A stretch of 64,000 bases of DNA from Catajapyx aquilonaris (taxonomy: Eukaryota), in contig KZ538461.1 of the NCBI GenBank assembly GCA_000934665.2, positions 1 to 64,000 of the forward strand, written 5' to 3'. Under the pieces are notes generated by a model. That model searched no databases and had not been told where the DNA came from. It saw only the letters and a list, made by a program, of their open reading frames with translations. A program made the position numbers and the translations under genes. This document shows positions 39,039 to 52,878 of this stretch, piece after piece. Within the stretch, counting starts at the first letter, position 1; each line of letters begins with the position of its first letter.

Positions 39039-40559
39039 CACTGTGTCAAAGGTAGACTCCGGAGGGTACAAAAATATGAGGAGCCTGGTCGACAAATGCG
39101 TTAGATCTGTATGTAACCCAACCAATATGGACGACCACTTCTTGCGCCGACACGGTTGCCAAGCCCAGGAACACCGCTGCGGAGTAGGATATCGATTTGC
39201 GCCGACATCACACGACGATTACAATCGTGGTGGTGGGTATAGACTGACGGTACAATACATCAGAGAGATTTTGACGACGGCATTTCTGCCTATTTTTGGC
39301 CTGTTTATTTCGTCCTGGACCGCCATCAGGACAGTCCATTTCATATCTTTCAAATGATGGAAAAGAAAGAGATTACAGGTTGATGACGAGTTCCTCCCCC
39401 CGGACATAGGCCTGTATGTGAATGAATGCGTGTGAATTTCATGACAAAGAGAGATTTTTGAGCTACGACGTGAACAGGTAACTTGGAGTGCCTTGGGAAC
39501 CAACGGAACGTTTTCAACAATTTGAAGAATGGGGTTGTTTCACAATAATGGCCGGTGAAAATTATTATCAGCAGGCTGTGGATTCTTTTTTAAAAAAATT
39601 AAAATTGGCAAGTTAACATCTTATCCTAATGTTGCAATCGATGGGGGCACCAGTTGGTATCTATGCTAGAACGGGTGGTATTAATTTGTCGTAAGTACTA
39701 ACCTACTTGCGCCGCATCTGTTGAAGAGTCATTATTAGGAATAATGACGGTGCTGGAGTCGACCAGCGTTCTGAAAAATAGCGAACGCTAGCGGGTGACA
39801 TTTCTTTTTTATTATCCTTATTTTTATTAATTTGTAAAATACCGGCAAGGCTGTAAAAACACTAATAAACTGCTCTGAAAAGGACGTAAGTGAAACAAAA
39901 ACTTGGAAACAATTACTGCGAAGCTTTATTGATTTGACAGTTATTACTTGGACGAGAACCAAAGAATACGATCCTATTGCCCTGGCTGATTGTATACACT
40001 CTGTTACTGTACCGGTACCAATTCTGTGCTCCAAAAATCACAGCTTTATCCATTGAGACGGAATCAATGGCCTGTTCTGCCATATTAATGCACATTATTC
40101 TTCCCATATTTGTGCTTTCTCCTATCCTTTATACAGTACGATCAAGCCCTCTCGACCGGTACAATTCCACGAAACTGAAAGTACGATCATCTGCATACCG
40201 GTATGTTAAAAATTACAGTTTTCGCATGTGCAAAAACAAAACAATACACTCCCGGGATTGCCTCCAGGGCAACCCCCNNNNNNNNNNNNNNNNNNNNNNN
40301 NNNNNNNNNNNNNNNNNNAAAAAAAAACACACATATTTGCCTCCCCAATTATAATCCCAAAACGAGCATTTTCCACCAGAAATCTGGTTGACCACACTGA
40401 ACAGGTTGGCACTCTTGCACGCAAAAACCAAACAACTCTATTTGAACATGCCCCCATCCCAGTAATGAAACGCAACATTTTAGGCGCGAACAACCGTGAT
40501 GCCTCATCATTCTGACACCGAGCAAATAGGCATCCAGGCCACAGCAATTATGAAATGAC

Positions 40560-41100
40560 AAGCCGCATGTGTGGGTGTCTAGTCCTATGTATATGCGCGC
40601 GGTCTGTAAGTTTGATTAGGCGGCGGCCATCTTGAATCCCGTGATAGGTTGGGTGGGCAGGGGCTGGTAAAGGCCAAGGGCTCAGTCGGCAGCCTGAGTC
40701 CGTAGGCTTCGGTTGGTGGTCTGAAAAGCGGTGTACGGCCTGTACTCATTTGCCGGTTTGTGTCCAGTACTGTGGTGGTGGCGGTGTCAAGTACCGGCGT
40801 GGCCAAGGTCTGTGCATGGGGTGTACAGGGGTGCCGGTGCACTCGGGGGTTTTTTTTAGAGAGAAAAATGGGCAGGGGCATTTTTTATCGGGTTTTTTTG
40901 TGGGGGGAAAAGGGATTCCAAGCATTACAAAATGTGCGGTGAGAGTGTACCGGTGGTTCAGTGGGGGAAATTATGTATGGTTGTATGGGGGATGTTAACT
41001 TCGTTTGGCTTGACGTCATTCGGCGGCCTCGTTTGACAGGTCATGCTAGATAGGGAGCGCATCTAGTGAAGATGGTATATAATCGTAGTTAATTGGTGCT
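40560..41100. promoter_or_regulatory. Candidate bidirectional promoter region between the divergent LRP11-like and PPP1R14-like genes
   Basis: A GC/CpG-rich patch between the two start codons, with a YY1-like gcggccatctt (about 40623-40633) and a CRE tgacgtca (41011-41018). Both first coding exons have AG acceptor-like sites just upstream of the ATG, implying upstream UTR exons. Confidence 0.4.
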
Positions 41101-42164
41101 GCCGAACCTTTGGAATGTAAACTGTCTGTTGTTTTTTCTTTTTCTGAGGCGGTTGTCCGGTGGAGACTGATATAAAGTGAACATTCCACGGTGATATGAA
41201 CAGTTGTCGGTGGAAGTGGGTGGGTGGCACATGTGTCGCCATCTAATCGTGGTTAAATTTCCAAACGGAGTTTCTCACGAGATATCGGCTCAGTGGAATC
41301 GTTAGGTTCAATAATGGTAGGATGTGGGAAGATATTGCGAAATGTTCACGTCGGGTTCTGGACCAATGACCATTTATCTTGTCATTTGAGTTAACGTTGA
41401 GCAATAGTTACGGGCTTCGTATTTTCCCGCGCACAACTAACAATCTATAATACAACAGAGGAAGTGGCATTAGAAAAAAAATTAAGTGCTTGTTGAGAAA
41501 GCTGATTAACATCTATATCATTACCGGTATGTACTTGGCATTAATCTATTGGCATAACCAACTGGGTTCCACCCACACACCCTCCGACCCTTGTTTCTCA
41601 ATTCCACTATTGTTAACTAATGGTTTTTTCTCCCGGGCCCATCAATTATTGGGCAAATTTCGCCAGTGCATTGCGAACGATCTCAGTGTAATTATGCACT
41701 GTTCATCAGTACCTGCTAAAACAGACGTTAGAGCCTGGAGTGCGGATCAATATATCTGAACCCACCCCATTTGACTAATGCCGAGTGATTTATTTGCATC
41801 TAGGATTTTAATATAGCCAAGTTGAACAGTCAGGTATTTCTGTAACGAGTTTGACGCACGTATGATATTAAAAAAAATCGCGCAGCCAAGTGGCTTCATG
41901 GGAACAACCGCCTGTAGGGGAAACCATATATGCTGGGTGGGTGCATCCTCTGGACCCCTTTTTATCTGCCAGCCCCTCGGAATCTCCACAAAAAAGAGAG
42001 ATCTAGTCTAGCCTATACAGTCTGGTCTTTGAGTAGTTGAGTCAACTCTGTACCAAATGGCATCTAAACAATGGCCTCTTCTTGTAAGAATTGATCTGTT
42101 GCTAACATCCGCTCGTTTTTTTATTTTTTTATAAATATCATTTCAGAACAAGGCCCCGTTTCAG

Positions 42165-45100
42165 ATGGAGTGCGGAGTGTCCACGTCGTCGTACCCTGGA
42201 GCAACGCCCAATGGCATCATGGCTGAAATGCGCACCGAAAGAAGTCCATCCAAGTCTGGCCTCCATGTCAACTTCACGGAGAAGGGCGAGGTGAAGGAGA
42301 AGAGGGAGAAGTTCCTGACTGCCAAGTACGGGTCGCATCAGATGAGCCTGATCCGGAAGAGACTTGGAGTGGAGATGTGGTTGTACGACGAACTGCAACA
42401 TCTGTACGGATGCACGGTCAGTACCAACTCTGGTCAAATGCCTTTTTTGGGGGGGAGGGGGGGATTTTTAAATTGTAGGAAAATGTATACAGCTGGACAA
42501 GCCCTGGACACAATACAGATACGGCGTTATTGCTAAGAACGGCAGGGTTGGGACATAATCTGCTTTCAAGCACAGATCGTCGACCCCCTGCGTGAGCACG
42601 CATTCTTAGACCACATTGCCTGTGAACCCAGTAGCTGCCACCGTATTACCACTCCATATTTTGTGGAGCCATTTTGGAGGTTTAAAAGCTGAGGGATAAT
42701 ATTTCACGAGCGGCCAATATTAGAACAAGAGGGATGCAGGGAACACTGCCAGGAAGAGGCGGTGGTAATTACACCCTTGAGGCCGGCGGAAATATGTTTC
42801 AACATTGTCTCCGACGATGTGCGGAATTGACGACCGACTCAAATTTAATTTTAGGGGGCCGTGTCGCCCAAGTGGAATTTGATGGAGACGTAATTCCCCT
42901 ACCGTAATGCCTGTATAATACCCGATCGCATAGCGGCCCTAAAGCGGTGCCTAATTAGACACTTGGAGACCTACTTGTTGGTTCACAGCTCAAATTTTTT
43001 GTAAACGGGCTCAATATTGCGGAGTCTTTCAAAAATTTTAGAACATAATTTTTCTGGTGGTTTTGAGATGAAATTGGGTACTTAAGAAAGATTAAGAATC
43101 ACCGAACTCATCAGTTTTCTTTATAGCCCGATCAACAGGGTGAAAGACCATAAAAATGGTTAGCGCCGCATTAAATTCACAATTGCATTTTAAACGATCA
43201 TCGTCCTAGTACAGTCGCATTCAAAATGTCTCAATATTATTGAGCCATTAGGAAGGGTGCGGTGGGTTTGTCATCCCACATGTCGAAATGAAAGTCAAAC
43301 GACTCATTGAAAATACTCATGGAGCAAAAGATGATTAGATGGTTAATTCATGTGGTGGGCAATACTCGTGGGTCAGCGTACAGAGGACGTCCCAATAGGC
43401 CAGAGAGAGTGCAAGTCACGCTCGGCTGGCTTCACGTGGAAACCAACCCTTCCGGAAGAAGCAACTGTTCCGGGGGGAACCTAACAGGATGAGACAATAG
43501 TTTTTCGGAGGAAGGCATTGTTGAGGGAAGCGCGTGAAGTTGCTCCTAATGCCAGAGATCCGCATTGTCCCGTAGGGTTAATGAGCTCTTTGTGAGTTTT
43601 TTTTTTTTTTTGACGTGAGGACGCTTAACGTGGGATGAAGTATGTGCGTGACTTTTGACCTCCGGGGTCGTGATGCTGCCTTTTAGGAGCCGTGGGAGAG
43701 CTAGGGGCCAGGCCTGTATCACAATGCGGAGATTTTGCGCGAAATCGATCAGAGGGCGCCCTCCGGAATTTCTGCCGTTGGCATCTAATTAGGGTGGAAA
43801 GAAACGTGGTTTATTCCATAGACTTCTATGCTGTTGTATGGCTGGAGGCATGTGCCAACAGTTTCTTAATTGGGGGAAAAACATCAGCTGAACTGTCGAG
43901 CTTATGTAATCCGTATGGGTTAGCAGTGCCTTGCTTCTCTTTGCTTGGTTGCCGATGCGAGGAAGCGGGTTGGATATCGTGATTCACGTAATGTTTACAT
44001 TCAAGGAAGATGGTCCGTGGCCGGCATGAATCAAAAAATGCAGGCTTTCAAGTCCTCGTGTCTGAAAATACTGAGAGTAAATGACTGTCATTATCTGCGT
44101 AATCGCTCCATTGTTTGGTGTGGATAAGATACGGTGGTGCGCAGGTGATAGACAACAGTGCTGGCATTGGCTACTTCATGGTAAATGTACAATTGTTATG
44201 GGCTGGAATTTGTGTACTTGCGATCATATAATTGTGGCCCAAGAACATGCATAGTTTTCCTGGTATCACTTACGTAATGCAAATCAGCTGTCGACACGCC
44301 TAGGTTGTGGGAGTTGCACCAGTACGTGATGTCGAATCAAATGTGGTGGAAGAGAGATCCGATCCACTTTGGGCTATACATTTGCATGTACGCTGCGCAA
44401 CCCAATTTGCGTTGGGTATTATGGTTTCAGAGTGATACATTTCTCTCCAGGGTACCTCCCCGAACATTTTTCATTAGGACCTGGGCGCCTGGAAACTCCG
44501 TTTGCGAACTTTATCTGTGTCACTCCAGGGTAAAACTCGAGAACAGTATAATTAACGTACTTAGCTGGACCCATTTTCCGCTCCGTTGCGGTGCCTACAT
44601 CGCAGCCATTTGAATGTGCAATTTTTAAAGGTGTGCGCGAGCGAATTCGAGGCTTCTCGCTCACGCTACGCCAGATTCTCGCGAGCTTGAGAGAACACAC
44701 CTTAATATTTTAACTTCAGAAGAAGAAAAATATTCGCTTTTGAATTTCCATCCTCGGCATTATGCATTCGCTGAATGTGTTTGTATGGACGTAACGAACG
44801 TTGCGGCTGGCCAACCCTTCCACCGACCATAATTATTAATGGCAATTTTCATTAAGGAAGCCGAGGAAATTAATCTCCAAAAACCCTAGTCTAGTAATTG
44901 CATAATGAGGACACGAGCCTGGTTCTTTTTATTCTCTTCCTGGCTCATTTTTGCCAACCCACTGATGAAGTGCAGGGAGAGAAAATATGGCCGCTAATGT
45001 AATAAGCAATTTGCATTTGGTTGGCAATTTTACTCTAATTAGCTCGGTGCAATAGGATGGAATATCTACGACCTGTCCCCGTTCAAATTACTGTCCGGCA

Positions 45101-48100
45101 GCCATTTGACACTGATGGGAGGTGTTACCTCGTTGTTTTTGGTCCATTCTGCAGGCAAAGGTAGGCAACAATGGCGGAACAAACCTTGCGTTGTGAAAGA
45201 ATGATGTTTCTATTTTGCAAAAACTTGGGAGGATCAAAGCTCAGGAAGCCGTGAATCAGACACAAAAAAAAAAAATCCATGGCGGAAAGATTTATCACGG
45301 TCGGAAGCAACTCATTTTCCGAGCCAGTGACAACTTTGGGCGACACTGAACGTTTGCTTCAGGGTGGGAAACCGGAGTTGGAATCTCGCAAGATTGGGTA
45401 GGCTGGAAACGGGCCAGAAAATGCAAGAAGTTTTCCAACACCGACGCCTCGTGCGTTTGGAAACACCACTCCTGGCACGTTTATGTTGTTCCAAGAACCA
45501 GAGGTGCGCCATTTATTTTCCGAAGCGACGTCACTGTGAGATGGGTGGGCTACACCAACGTCATGTTCCAATATGGCTGACTGCAATAAAAACAGTGTGA
45601 AAAAGAAAATTCTCCAGGGCACAGTTGGGCCAGAATGAGCAATTTGGACGGCATGGATGACAATAGCTGTCCAGGGGACACGTCATGTTGTTGGCGACAA
45701 AAAGGATGTTCCCATTCATGAGGGGGCAATGCGTCTGGATGCCTACCCGGCTGAATCGCAGCGGAAGCCCAACCTGATTGAGTGATATGCACAAATGAGT
45801 GACGAGGGACCCGCTTGATCGTGGCAAACGAAGCTTGATTCTACCACTAACATATAATAAGAGGGCATGTGGTGAGGTCACGGATGGCTTAACTAGAGGT
45901 ATGTGCTCACAAATAACTGTTTATTTAGGAGGGGGGTCATGTAATTCTCTGGATCCATTGTTGACGCTTTTGGCGCATTTTTTTTGTATGGGCGGATCAG
46001 GAAAGATATAGACTTTCAGAACTGGACAAACAAAAAGCGAGCGGTTGTTTGCACTGCACTGGCGTGATAAATCGCCTGAGAGTAGAAATAGTCGTTATCC
46101 TTCGGATGGCCCAGGAAAAGAGAGCAAAATATGAACTGACATTGATACAGCACTACTGGGAGGGATGCTCTAACTAGTTGGGGGAGGCCTCGACATTAGC
46201 TTGCCGCCTTGTGGTCTGCTCCAGGCTGGAATTGATCATGCATGGCTGCACACTTTGCAAGTCAGATTTTATTGTTAGCCGAGTCACAACTGGTGGGCCT
46301 TTCCCTCATTAATGGGATAAAAGCAGTAGTGAAACATCTTGTTTGCATACCTACTTGAGCATTGCACTTGACACGCTCTGTCAGAGGTGTTGATCATGTC
46401 AGATGAGTGAAACAGTGCACGTGCGGCTGCCGAACCTGATTATTGGCTAACCCCTTTTTTGCGGTACTTGCTACTTGACGATTCTGCAAGTGCACGACTT
46501 TGAGCGAAATGAGAGAGCGGATATGTCGATACGACTTCCGATACCTGCATGATCCTTTTTTTTTTTGCGGCGTTGTCAGCACTATTTCCTGCAGGTATAG
46601 TAATGATGAGGATGCAAATTTCAGCCTAAATGCATGCTTTGATCGTGGAAATAATAATAAAAAATGCTCTCTACTCTTGCAAAAGGTGCATAGTCTCAAT
46701 CACCGCCTTTGATCTATAGTTGATGAGCACTGTACACTATTCGCATACGAATATGGCTCATGGAATGGAGGGGGGGGGGGGAGGGAAATATTGCAATATT
46801 CCAAGGAGAGCAACATCTTATTGGACTAAGCTGGTGGCCCCTCCCTTTCAGACCGCTTTCATTATGCATAATTCAATTATCCGTCCCATCCTGAAGTTTC
46901 CGGAACTAAATATTCCAAGGTGGTGGAAATGAGATTCGTGGTAAGACTGCATTTTCCCAGCTGAAATTTTCTCTCTGCCCAGCTCCCCCCCGATAACTGC
47001 ATTGGAACCCTGCGGAACTATGCCGCATCCGGATATTCAAAAGAGAAGCCACTTTCTATTTGGACGTCACATGTTGATGGGAGGTGACGATAGATTTGTT
47101 TTTGTAAGTAGCAAAGATAGAACCAGGCCAGTGTCGAGGACAAATTGTGAAACAATTTTTTTTGGGAGTTTGGTACCTATACTGGTTATAATCGTGTTAA
47201 AGCTGTTGATCACGTGACACTTAGCCTGATACTAATCGAATACCAGCCTCATGCGGGACCAGTGATTCATTCAATCATGGGCGGCAGAGGGAATTTTCCA
47301 GTGACATAATTTGCTGAAAAACCAGGCCCGCGCAAATATTCGAAATCGATGGGCGGGATATTGAGCCTTTTCCCCTTGATGCGGGTATTTTTCTTTTTTT
47401 TTTTTGGTGGTTGTATTGATTGTAATTTGGCTTTGTATAATATGGAGTAGGCGCATGCTAGTTTCATGACCTCTTTCGTGCTGGGGATACATAAAACATG
47501 GCAGATCTCCTGGGAATGAGTGGTAACATTTCCCGCTGGACAGACTAGGATCGATTGTATGGGGGAAGTCTGCCGGGCCATATTTCAAACCAAGTGTGGA
47601 AACAACAACACCTGACCTTCGAAAGGACCTCTCTTTAGCCGCTATTTAGACCCAATTGCCTAATGGTATCATAAAAGTAGAAAGCTGCGATAACGGGATC
47701 CCACAATAATAATTATCCTAGCTCTTCCCATAATAAAGGTGCGGCCTTTTGATGACATAACTGGAGTCCGAGTCGACAAGGGCTGTCAGTGGCAGCAAAC
47801 TTGGCAACCAACGCTCTAGACTTAGACTATAATCAGGGATCAACGCACTCGGATATGTATACTCTATGAATAGGACTAGGGTACGTCACGTTAACTTTAA
47901 ATCGCATTGAAATCACGGCTTTCCCTCCACCAATTGGATTGTGACAAATGGTCTCAACTTTTGGGGCCGAAAGTGGAAAAAATGAGTCCTCAGAGAAGAC
48001 TCACGCGTTCCTTCTTTTGCAGGCGCTTAGGAGGAATAATGGGCCACTTGAAGCTTGAAAACTTTTTCTATATATATTTTTTTGTTGTTCAAAAGTGCAG

Positions 48101-51100
48101 TTTCGGAAATGAAAATAGCGGTTCAGTCGGACACCATAATGACCTTATGGATGGATGGCTGGGTTGGTTAACGCTCGACAGTTTGGTAGCTGACCCCGTT
48201 ACAGTCACGGTGACAAATTCGTGGATGGTGCGACTCGGTTGACAGAGCCCAAATCTGCGATATTTTACTGTGGAGGATCAATCGACGACCTATCTGACCG
48301 CGTTTTGCTCCTCACTTTCACGGGGTGGAAATCCCAGCTAACTCCAANNNNNNNNNAAAAAAAAAAAGTCGGGTGCAATGTCTCGGAAATCCGACGGATT
48401 TGGCAAGCGCAATGGAACTTTTTTTTTCGTACAGAGCTAAATGTGGGTAAGGCAATGACGTCGTGTGCTTTTGCAAACTACACTTGCCGATCGATGGTGA
48501 ACACACTCCCAGGGTTTCATCTTGGGGATAATCGTGCCCCCGACTCCCAACAGTATTTGCAGAGCATAGAGGTCGATGGGGCCGATGGCTTATCCGGAAC
48601 GAGGGAATTTCGATAGGAATCGGTCGGGTTCAAAAATAAGAGTTGCATGAGCTTGGAGAGGTTAAAAATACAGCCAATTGCATCACGGTGTCAAGGTCTG
48701 GGAGCATGGTGTCGATAGAGGCTTTAGCGTAAATCCCTGCCCGAACTTTTCGGATTACTGTGGGTCCACCGTAAATTAACGTACATTCAAGCTAAAGGAA
48801 GTTCTCCCCAACTTTAGTCCTCTAGTTGATAGTGGAAGTTATCGGAGGTCTTTGATCTGGGTGTATGTACAATCGAGCAACTGATTTAGAGTTATTTTTG
48901 CAGTGTAATGAGCAGATTAGCTTACCTGTAGGGTTCGAGAGTGCCACGAACTCAGGTCTGTAATCCGGAAATTTCAAAGTCGTTATCAGTCGGATGTTGG
49001 GATAGAAATGCGAAGTATTTCCTCAGCACGTGAATGACAAGTTACGTGGTTCTGTTGGAGTTTAAAAAAAATGGCATCTGACTTTCATGACCTTTCGTCA
49101 CTCATAACGACTGTGCGCTCACAAACTGAGGGGGCGTTGAAAATCGCGTTTGAATGTGAACATTACTCAGAACATTCGAATCACGTAGGGACTTATGAAA
49201 TTTCCCCTCTCAAGAAATTGCGAACCCAGTTTTTTTTTCTCTCTCTCTCTTGGCGTCTGGAAAGGCAAATTCACCCCAGCCATTAGATTCCCCTCCTCAA
49301 GTTCCTCGTTAAGGCTTAATGAAGCAATCTTCCTCACTGTTCAGTCTTCACTTGTTTGCTGAAACTGACAAAACGTTTTGGAGGTAGGTCACCAACTCTG
49401 CGGGGTTTGCCTTTGGCGACAGTAATCATAGAGCAGGCCACTGCAGCCAGGCATACGCCACTTAGGCCTTTTGATAGATCGGTAGAGCTTCTCGTTATGC
49501 AAACTATGCACTCGCACCGGGCAATTTTTCCAATCAGTTGAGGTCGATGGCCAGGAAATTTTTCAAAGAGTGTGCCTTTTTTTTTTTTTAAAAAAAGGAA
49601 GGACGTTGAAGCTTCCAGACGGAATTGTGCACTGGGAAAGTGGGCGGGAAGTAGTAATAAGTTACTGCAGTGCTTGATTCGGACAAGACGAGTGGTCCAA
49701 AAGTTTCGGGACGCTAGTCGTTGCCAGTTTCAATGGGACACTGTCCAAAAAAAAAGGCAGTAAAAACATGTTGGAAGGCTAGTAATATCGGATGGTGTGA
49801 CCTTTTCACCTATGAAAGTATGCATTTCTTTCTGGGAAGAAGCGCTTGAAATAGTGGATTCGGGCCAATTAGGAGGGCGCAACCCAAGCCGGATCTAGTA
49901 GCTCCGAGGCACGGTTTATTGCCCTGGAGCATCTCACGTTTTCCGAGAGCTTAATTGCTCTGCTCGTAAATAGTTAACTCCTGGAAATTGGAAAAGTTTT
50001 TGAGGGGGGCGGGGGGGGGGGGGGNNNNNNNNNNNNNNNNNNNNNNNNNNNNNNNNNNNNNNNNNNNNNNNNNNNNNNNNNNNNNNNNNNNNNNNNNNNN
50101 NNNNNNNNNNNNNNNNNNNNNNNNNNNNNNNNNNNNNNNNNNNNNNNNNNNNNNNNNNNNNNNNNNNNNNNNNNNAACCCCCCCCCCCCCCCCCACGGGA
50201 GCCACACGCCCTGGCCGAAGAGAGGGCCAGGTGTGCGGATATCAAGGGGTAGGTGATAAAGGAGGTACCCAGGGCGATTGGATCCAGGGGCCAGATGGTT
50301 TCAGGGGTAGGAAGAGAGGAGGATCAATACCGGACAAAAGTTGTGCCTGCGTGGCTCCAGGTGTCGCCAGTGGGATGCTGCCAGGTCATCATCCTGGACC
50401 CCGATGGGGGCGGGGGGGGTCACGCCAGGTCACACCCAGTGCGTGTGGGCGGGGAACAGTAGAGGCGCATGTCCGCCAGCGGCTAGAAAATGATTTCACT
50501 CTGAGTTTTAGGGGGGGGGNGGGGACAAAAGCAGTGAAAGCCAAAGCCGGGGACGACAGCATCCGCGATATGCGTGCTGCATTGTGCGACAGGATTTACG
50601 GACATTAGCAGCGATGTGCTGTACGCCGGAGGGCCTGCACAAAAGCCTGCTCCGATTCCCACCTACATTTCTGAGACATTATGAAAAGCCACAGCCAGAA
50701 GGAAAGTTGAGGAGGCGGATATTGGACTTGGAAAAAAGAAAGAAAAAAAAAGCGTGCTCCGGATGAGCACGTAATTACAGGTAAAGCCCTGCAATCATTG
50801 TTCTGGAGACGGCAGCGAAGGAATTTACCAACTTGGGGGTAGACTTTTCCAATATTCAGCCTGGAGGAAGGGGAACAAAAGGTGCCGTTTTCCAATTATC
50901 AGGAGAACAATGGCGACTCGGATATGGCCATAATTGCCCCAGGTGGGATCCCAGTTTTTGGCTGGAAAAAAAAGAAGGCTCGCAATGCTAAATGAAATAA
51001 TCGGTATAGGACTTCTGTCTGCTCCCTCCAGCTTATAAAAGGGGACGATTTGAGAGCAGTAGTGTGTAAAATCGACCTTGGGCAAGTTAATTCCAACAGG

Positions 51101-52878
51101 TGTCCTTGTCAGGGACTCGAGGGTGGGCACTACCATCATTGGGAGGGGCCCGTCTTTGCTGCTCCGAAGAACTTCAGGAGAGAAAAAAGCAGAAAAAAAA
51201 TAGGCGAGCAATCGATCCTTTTCTGCACCGTGGTGATGTATGCCGTACATTCCTAACATCCGCATCGTCTGCGCGTCATGACTGTGTTAACAATTTATTG
51301 AAGAGGGCTCATTACGAATAAGTGCGATCGGACCAAATCAGATTAGACCCGCCTTTAATTGCTTCAAACTGGGTGCGATGGCAAGAGTTTTTCTTGGACC
51401 TCTCCAGGGCATCGGGAAACTCGTAACTCAACTTCGGAGGGGTCCTACGGGGGGGGGGGGGGGGGGNTTGACAGCTGAACCCGGGCTATTTTTGGGGGAA
51501 CATTCCGTCTGCCCTTGCCCAGTTTTTCTTTGTAGCGACGGAGGGTTTGAAACCCATCACTGGCAATTAGTGGGCCTTTTTGGGTTGGGAGGCTGTTACA
51601 TTCTTCACATATCTCAAATGTCGAAAACTTCCCAGAAACGGGTCGATATAAGTGCAGAGTATTGATCTAGAAGTGGGGTGGGTTTGAGCTTTATTTATTT
51701 TTTAAACAATGGATAGGGTGCAGTTAACTGAAAAGAGATATGACATGGGGTTGGGTTGGTGCAATCACCTTTTGTTCTGACGGGATATGTTTTTTGTGTG
51801 TTCGCAGGATGATTCACAAACCAGCGAGGTGGAGGTTGACCTGGATGAGGTGTTGGACCTGGAAGACGACAGCCACCGAAGAAAGTACCTGCAGGTGAGT
51901 CACACCGGATCTGCTCTTGAACGGGATCGTCACGAAGCTCATGCGAATCAATTAACCTCGTCGAAATTGGGCCCACGTGGGGGTCAGGAGGGGTGTGAAT
52001 GAATGGGTACCAACAATGAGGAACATGCAACAAAAGGATCCTCACCACCTTTGTGCCGGATCAAGGACAGGGTGAATCATGTGTCATGGCGGATGGCGCG
52101 ATTTTGAAGATACCACGTAGGCTACGTAGTGGGTGCCCCGCGATTCGTGACAATAGAGGAATCCCGCTATTCTTACGACTTTGACCTTCCGCCGCTAACT
52201 ATAGAATCGGCCGTACCTCTTTTTTTCCCCCCCCCCCTCCTGCCGAGCCAGAGGTCGAGCATTGTTCGATGGTCCTGACCGGAACGCCGGGGGTTTTTTC
52301 TATTATTCACGTAGGGGCGCGATGCACGCAACGCGCCCAAAAATAAAATTGGACTACCTACGCACGCGGCAGGCCAAATACTAAAACAATTTTTGTTGTT
52401 GTTACAGAGTCTTCTGGCAGATGCCAAGAAGCCACCAGAAGCTGTCAACGTAAGTAGCATCATGTTGGGGTTGTTCAAGCTGTGCCATATTGTGGCCGCA
52501 AGTCAGGCGATATGGTCCTGCTGTATGGGGGTGGGGGGTGGGGAGCCAAAATGACGTCAAAGGTACTCTTTGTATGACACTATAGAAACGTATCAAACAA
52601 ACTGTCTCATCAATATTGAGGAATTCTGTTGGTTCTCTGGGGTTCTTTGCTGCTAAAAGTTGCAATCATATGGTCACTTTATGCCTCGAGGTTGGAAATA
52701 CTGTATTGACCAACCAAATTGTGGAGCCAATCTAGATAGGGACCTATTAACTGGTGCAGAGGCTCATATTTGAACAATACTTGCCACACTGTCCAGTCGC
52801 CTGGAAATGATTATTAATGGAGACTTGTCATTTCAGAAATTCATCGATGACCTGCTGGCCAAAGCGAAGACATTATGA
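42165..52878 (+). CDS. PPP1R14: Protein phosphatase 1 regulatory inhibitor subunit 14 (CPI-17/PHI-1 family), 140 aa. Exons: 42165-42416, 51808-51894, 52408-52449, 52837-52878
   Basis: All introns are phase-0 GT-AG. The sequence KFLTAKYGSHQMSLIRKRLGVEMWLYDELQHLYGC / EVDLDEVLDLEDD..RRKYLQ / SLLADAKKP / KFIDDLLAKAKTL matches the PP1-inhibitor family pattern (phospho-Thr in T-x-K-Y; E(I/V)D(I/L)DELLD). Confidence 0.9.

Noticed and set aside
49988..50608. 206-aa ORF across the N gap
   Set aside because: It is open only because of the Ns and G/C runs.
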